Positions 59,422 through 64,000 of a stretch of 64,000 nucleotides of DNA are shown here, piece by piece. The translations under genes and the position numbers were made by a program. The stretch lies in NCBI RefSeq assembly GCF_913062725.1, contig NZ_CAJXWY010000016.1:2320-66319 (forward strand), read 5' to 3'. The number at the start of each line of letters is the position of its first letter. Positions within the stretch are counted from its first letter, which is position 1. The stretch comes from an uncultured Thiohalocapsa sp. (GTDB lineage Bacteria > Pseudomonadota > Gammaproteobacteria > Chromatiales > Chromatiaceae). A model generated the notes under the pieces. The model was given only the letters and a program-made list of their open reading frames with translations. It did no database searches and was not told where the DNA came from.

Positions 59422-61490
59422 CAGGCCGGCGTCGGGTAGATCAGTGCCGGTGGCGAGAACGGCGGCTGGCCGGGCGGCCGCGGGTCGTCATCGCTGGCGT
59501 CCGGGAACATCGCCGCAAGCCCAACGTCGAGGGGGCCGTCGGTGGCGCCTTCCGGCACCGTCCCCAGGGGTGACATGCCGAAGTCGCGCTCGAGCTGCTT
59601 CGCGCTCGAGATGCCGGCATCGAGGGCGTTCAGTACCAGTGCCAGACCGACACCGCCGGCGGCGGCGGCGAAGATGCCAAGCAGCAGCAGCACCGACTTG
59701 CCCGGCCCCACCGGCTCGGCCGCCACCGTCGGTGGCTGGGCGACGCGGGTGTTGACCAATTCCTCGCGCGACATCGCCGCTGAGATGGTGGCGGTGTCGG
59801 TCTTGCTGCGATACAGCGTATAGGCCTCCTCGGCGCGGGCCAGCTCGCGGCGCAACTCTTTGGCGCGTGTGCCCTGGGTATTGAGGGTGATCAGTTGCTG
59901 GCGCACCTGCTGTGCCTGCGCCTCCAGATCGAGGATGCGCGCGCGGGCGCCCTCCAGCTCGGCCTCGGTCTCGATCATCGCCGCGACCCGGGCCTCGAAG
60001 CCCTGCGCCAGCGACGTACGGTCGTCCATCGTCAGCACCGCGCCGGCGCGGGCGAGCGCCGCCCGGGTCTGCTCGATGTCGGTGGCGATGTCGTCGCCGC
60101 CATCCGCCAGGGCGACGGTGACCGGCGCTGGTAGCGTCCCATCGAGGTCCGCCATGCGCTGGCGCATCATCGCCGCGCGCTCGTCCAGACCGCTGATGCC
60201 GACCTCGGTATCGAGGATTTCGGTTTGCAGATACTCGTACAGGCCGGTGTCCTGGCCGACGTTGAGGTCGTAGCGGCGCAGTTGTCCCAGCTGCGCCAGC
60301 TCCCGGTACAGGCGGTCCACCTCCGCCTTCAGCGCCTTGCCGGTGGTGCTGCCCTGGTCGCGCAGCAGCAGGCCCCGCAGCTTGTCTTCGAGCACGCGGA
60401 TACGCGCCAGCTTGGCCGAGACCTCGGCCTGCTGTGTCTGCAGACGCTGCAGCCGGATGGCCTGCTCGCCGCGGTCCTGCTCGACCTGCATCAGCTGGCC
60501 GCGCAGCGTGGCACGCTGGCGCTCGAGCAGCTCGGTGCGCACGCGAGCCGCCTCGGCGCGCGTCTGCTGGCGGTGTTTCGTCAGCAGGCTGGCGAGCTGA
60601 CTGGCCTGGGCGCGGGTCTCGCTGAGGTCTTCGTCGATGCGCTGCTGGCGCGCCAGCATCGACTGCTTTTCGGCCTCCAGGACATCGTGATCCTCCGGGA
60701 CGTCGATCATGGTGATGCCAGCGTCGCGGAGAAAGTTGTGCAGCTCGGTCTCCGCCGCATTCACCGCGGCGGCGGAGGCGGCGGCCTGGCGGCGGAAGAA
60801 GTCCGCGGCACCGGCGGGCTCGTAGAGCTCGGTGCGGTGGCTTTGGTAGCCGTCCACCAGGGCCTCCAGAAAGACCCGGGCGGCGGTCGGATCGGGCCAG
60901 ACGAAGCGCAGCGCGATGATGTTGGATCTGGGCTCCGGCTCCACCTCCAGCGCCGCCTCCATGGCCGCCACCTGCGCATCGAAATCCGATGCATGATCCG
61001 GCTCGGCGCCGACCGCCTTTGCGAGCATGTGCTCGAAGGGCCGCGTCACCGCCGACAGCCAGTGTGCGAGTGTCCGCCGCCACGCCGGCGGCTCGCTGGT
61101 CACGGGCTTCAGGCTGGGATCATCACGCACCGCAGCTGCCGCGCGCTCGATCAGGAGGTGGCTGGTGAGGATGCCGATCTCGGTGTTGATATCCTCCTCG
61201 TAGAGTTGGTCACTCACCCAGACCGGGGCCTCCCGCGCGCTCAGCGGCTCGCGCGCGGCGCCCTTCTTGACCAGGATCTTGGCCGTCGCCTCATAGCTGT
61301 TGGTATGGAACGCCAGCCCGATGACGACTGCACCGAGCACGCCGATACAGAACCAGAGCACGATCCAGCGGTGGCGGAACAGTCGGTGCAGGAATTCGCG
61401 CAGGTCATGGCCGGCGCCGCGCGACGCCAGGTGGAGGGCCGAGGGCGATAGCCAATGGGCATAGGTGGGGTGCGACTGCATCGGGTCCAC
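59421..61490 (-). CDS. Wzz/GumC (Wzc N-terminal) polysaccharide co-polymerase without a fused kinase domain
   Basis: N-terminal TM; YEATAKILV; long coiled coil; RVAQPPT..PVGP followed by a second TM; short C-tail. Confidence 0.85.
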   Translation of the reverse strand: MDPMQSHPTYAHWLSPSALHLASRGAGHDLREFLHRLFRHRWIVLWFCIGVLGAVVIGLAFHTNSYEATAKILVKKGAAREPLSAREAPVWVSDQLYEEDINTEIGILTSHLLIERAAAAVRDDPSLKPVTSEPPAWRRTLAHWLSAVTRPFEHMLAKAVGAEPDHASDFDAQVAAMEAALEVEPEPRSNIIALRFVWPDPTAARVFLEALVDGYQSHRTELYEPAGAADFFRRQAAASAAAVNAAETELHNFLRDAGITMIDVPEDHDVLEAEKQSMLARQQRIDEDLSETRAQASQLASLLTKHRQQTRAEAARVRTELLERQRATLRGQLMQVEQDRGEQAIRLQRLQTQQAEVSAKLARIRVLEDKLRGLLLRDQGSTTGKALKAEVDRLYRELAQLGQLRRYDLNVGQDTGLYEYLQTEILDTEVGISGLDERAAMMRQRMADLDGTLPAPVTVALADGGDDIATDIEQTRAALARAGAVLTMDDRTSLAQGFEARVAAMIETEAELEGARARILDLEAQAQQVRQQLITLNTQGTRAKELRRELARAEEAYTLYRSKTDTATISAAMSREELVNTRVAQPPTVAAEPVGPGKSVLLLLGIFAAAAGGVGLALVLNALDAGISSAKQLERDFGMSPLGTVPEGATDGPLDVGLAAMFPDASDDDPRPPGQPPFSPPALIYPTPA

Positions 61491-61520
61491 GGTGGGCTCC
61501 TAAAGTGGTCGACGGGAGGG

Positions 61521-62708
61521 TCAGCCGCCCAGTGCGGCGTCGGTGGCCAGCCGGTTCGGGCTGGTTTCGCGCTGTCGTGCCATAGCCTGGCCGTCATGCC
61601 AGTCCGCGATCAGGGTGGCGACCCGTTGCAGCTTCTCCATGCCCAGCTCGGGATATAACGGCAGCGACAACAGCTGATTGGCGGCCTGCTCCGAGACCGG
61701 AAAGCAGCCCTCGCCGTAGCCGAGGTCGTGATAGGCCGGCTGCAAGTGAATGGGCCGCGGGTAGTGGATGGCGCAGCCGACATTGTGCTTGCTCAGGTGG
61801 CGCAGCAAATCGTCGCGTCCGTCGCAGCGCACACCATAGATGTGATAAACGTGCCGCGCCGAATGGGCCTCGGTGGGGGCGCGCAGACCGGGCACACGCG
61901 AAATCAGCTCCTGGTAGGCATAGGCACGCTCGCGCCGGCGCTGGGTCCAGGTATCGAGATGGCGCAGCTTGACCTCCAGCACCGCCGCCTGGACGCCGTC
62001 CATGCGTCCGTTCCAGCCCACCAGCTGGTGGTCGTGCTTCCGCGCCTGGCCATGATCGCGCAGCATCCGCACGCGCGCGGCGAGGTCGTCGTCATTGGTG
62101 GTGACGGCACCGGCCTCGCCGGCGGCGCCGAGGTTCTTGCCGGGATAGAAGCTAAAGCAACCGGCCCGCCCCAGGCCGCCTGCGCGCCGGCCGTGGTAGC
62201 TCGCCCCGTGGCCCTGTGCGGCGTCTTCGATCACCGAGAGGCCATGCCGGTCAGCGATCCGGTTGATGGGATTCATGTCCGCGATCTGGCCGAACAAATG
62301 CACCGGGACCACGGCTTTGGTGCGTGGGGTGATGGCCGCTTCCAGCTTTTTGGGGTCGAGCGTCAGGGTGGCCTCATCGACATCGACGAAGACCGGCCTG
62401 GCGCCGCACACGGTGATCGCCTCGGCGGTGGCAAAGAAGCTGTTGGGGACGGTGATGACTTCGTCACCGGGGCCGACCCCGACTGCCTGCAGGGCGAGCC
62501 AGAGCGCATCCGTGCCGCTGCCGACACCAATGGCGTGGCGGCAGCCGCAATAGTCCGCAAAGGCTTTCTCGAAGCGTTCGACGAAGGTGCCGCCGGCGAA
62601 CGCGCTGCTGGCGAAAACGGCGTCGATGGCGCGGATGAGCTCGCGCCGCAGCGACCTATGCTGGGCATTCAGGTCCAGATAGGGAATGGGCTCTTGCATG
62701 TCGATCAT
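61521..62708 (-). CDS. DegT/DnrJ/EryC1/StrS aminotransferase (WbpE/WlbC-like)
   Basis: GSGTDAL; PVHLFGQ; EDAAQGHG; FSFYPGKNLGAAGEAG; RMDGVQAA; LSLPLYP. Confidence 0.93.
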   Translation of the reverse strand: MIDMQEPIPYLDLNAQHRSLRRELIRAIDAVFASSAFAGGTFVERFEKAFADYCGCRHAIGVGSGTDALWLALQAVGVGPGDEVITVPNSFFATAEAITVCGARPVFVDVDEATLTLDPKKLEAAITPRTKAVVPVHLFGQIADMNPINRIADRHGLSVIEDAAQGHGASYHGRRAGGLGRAGCFSFYPGKNLGAAGEAGAVTTNDDDLAARVRMLRDHGQARKHDHQLVGWNGRMDGVQAAVLEVKLRHLDTWTQRRRERAYAYQELISRVPGLRAPTEAHSARHVYHIYGVRCDGRDDLLRHLSKHNVGCAIHYPRPIHLQPAYHDLGYGEGCFPVSEQAANQLLSLPLYPELGMEKLQRVATLIADWHDGQAMARQRETSPNRLATDAALGG

Positions 62709-63256
62709 TGGCTTGACTCTTGGGTGCAGGGTCTCTCCACAAGGGCGCGCGCGGGATTGCCGACCACAATCGTGTCCGGCGGTACATCCCTGGTCACCAC
62801 AGCGCCGGCGCCGACGATGGCGCGCTCGCCGATGGTCAATCCGCACAGAATGGTGGCGGAAGAGCCGATCGACGCGTGCCGTTTGACAACCGTCGGGATG
62901 CACTGCCAATCCTCATCGCGCTGCAGCTCGCCCTGCTCGGTTACCGCCCTGGGATAACGATCATTGATGAAGGTGACGTTGTGTCCGATGAAGCATCCGT
63001 CTTCGATGCGCACGCCCTCGCAAATGAAGGTATGGCTGGAGATCTTGCAGCGCCGACCAATGGTGGCGCCGCGTTGGATCTCGACGAAGGTGCCAATCTT
63101 GGTGCCATCGCCGATCTGGCAGCCGTAAAGGTTGACGAACCCGTGGATGACGACGTCGACGCCGAGCTCGACATCATCGGCGATGCGATGCAGCAGCGGC
63201 TGCTGTTGCCGTGCCGATTCGCGTCCCCGACGCAGTCCGTATTGCGATCGCCTCAT
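62705..63256 (-). CDS. Hexapeptide-repeat N-acetyltransferase (WbpD/WlbB-like)
   Basis: NLYGCQIG; KISSHTFICEGV; VTFINDRYPRA; GAGAVVTRDVP..VGNPAR. Confidence 0.88.
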   Translation of the reverse strand: MRRSQYGLRRGRESARQQQPLLHRIADDVELGVDVVIHGFVNLYGCQIGDGTKIGTFVEIQRGATIGRRCKISSHTFICEGVRIEDGCFIGHNVTFINDRYPRAVTEQGELQRDEDWQCIPTVVKRHASIGSSATILCGLTIGERAIVGAGAVVTRDVPPDTIVVGNPARALVERPCTQESSQ

Positions 63257-63999
63257 GACAGCGGCACGGATGTGGTGTGGTTGGCCAGGGAGTGAGAGGC
63301 CGCCTCCAGGACACGAACGACGTCGAGTCCGTGGCGCCCCTCGGAGTCGCTGTGGCGGCCATCGCGAATGCGGTCGAGAAAGCGCCGGCTCTGTACGCGC
63401 AGGGGCTCGTCCTGCTCGATGAAGGGGCTGTAGACACCGCCGTAGTGATAGGAATAGAAGAATTCCGCAAAGGTGTCATAGGTGCGCGGCACTTCCACCC
63501 GCTTGTCGAAGATCTTCAGCTTTTCCAGCGGCTCGGTGTCCTCATAGACGATCATCTTGCTCTCGCCGACCACGGTCATGCGACGCACCTTGTTCGGATC
63601 GAGCCAGCTGCTCTGGATGGTGGCAAAGGGACCACCGGAGAACGACAATGACATATTGGTGACATCTTCGATGCCTTTGCGCACATGCGCCTTGCCCTGA
63701 CAGCTCACCGCGTCGGGTGCATCCTCCAGGAGATACAGCAGAATCGAGATATCGTGGGGCGCCAGATCCCAGGCGACATTGATATCCTGCTGGAACAGCC
63801 CGAGATTCAGGCGCTGACAGCCGATGTAGAGCACCCGGCCGATTTCGCCGCTGGCAATGATCTCCTTCATCTTCCGTACCGCGGCGTTGTAGATGAAGGT
63901 GTGCCCCACCATCAGCGTCAGATCACGCGCCTCCGCCAGGGCGATGAGCTGGCGGCATTCGTCGCTGGAGCGCGCCAGGGGCTTCTCGATGAGGGTGTG
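63253..63999 (-). CDS. Gfo/Idh/MocA oxidoreductase (WbpB/WlbA-like), 5' end beyond the window
   Basis: LIEKPLA; MVGHTFIYN; RLNLG; WDLAPHD; SWLDPNKVR. Confidence 0.9.
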   Translation of the reverse strand, partial: HTLIEKPLARSSDECRQLIALAEARDLTLMVGHTFIYNAAVRKMKEIIASGEIGRVLYIGCQRLNLGLFQQDINVAWDLAPHDISILLYLLEDAPDAVSCQGKAHVRKGIEDVTNMSLSFSGGPFATIQSSWLDPNKVRRMTVVGESKMIVYEDTEPLEKLKIFDKRVEVPRTYDTFAEFFYSYHYGGVYSPFIEQDEPLRVQSRRFLDRIRDGRHSDSEGRHGLDVVRVLEAASHSLANHTTSVPLS

Positions 64000-64000
64000 C

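Overview
GC-rich gammaproteobacterial chromosomal segment. SqrD-type sulfide:quinone oxidoreductase, DAB and BicA-type carbon uptake, a BCCT transporter and Mrp together suggest a halotolerant sulfur-oxidising autotroph such as a Chromatiaceae member; this taxonomy is inference only. Layout: (1) 1-10.5 kb: end of ureG, yidD, AI-2E transporter, sqrD followed by an un-called 59-aa membrane-type ORF, an FKBP-like/methyltransferase fusion, BCCT, agmatine deiminase, HdeD, TerB and SprT. (2) 10.6-20 kb: core rimP-nusA-infB-rbfA-truB-rpsO-pnp operon. (3) 20-23 kb: EamA, a PHD-like 2OG oxygenase and a DUF5132/HMA2/small membrane protein trio resembling ferrosome accessory genes without the ATPase. (4) 23-42 kb: Mrp (phaA/B-G) antiporter, an RND pair, a four-gene DAB inorganic-carbon pump (dabB, extra NuoM-like gene, frameshifted dabA, PII-like gene) and a convergent BicA-like SulP. 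(5) 43-64 kb: two convergent arms of an exopolysaccharide locus, separated by a 1.7-kb mosaic of toxin-antitoxin, restriction-modification, IS4 and integrase fragments. No rRNA, tRNA or CRISPR array was recognised. All family assignments come from motif recognition by eye; no searches were run.
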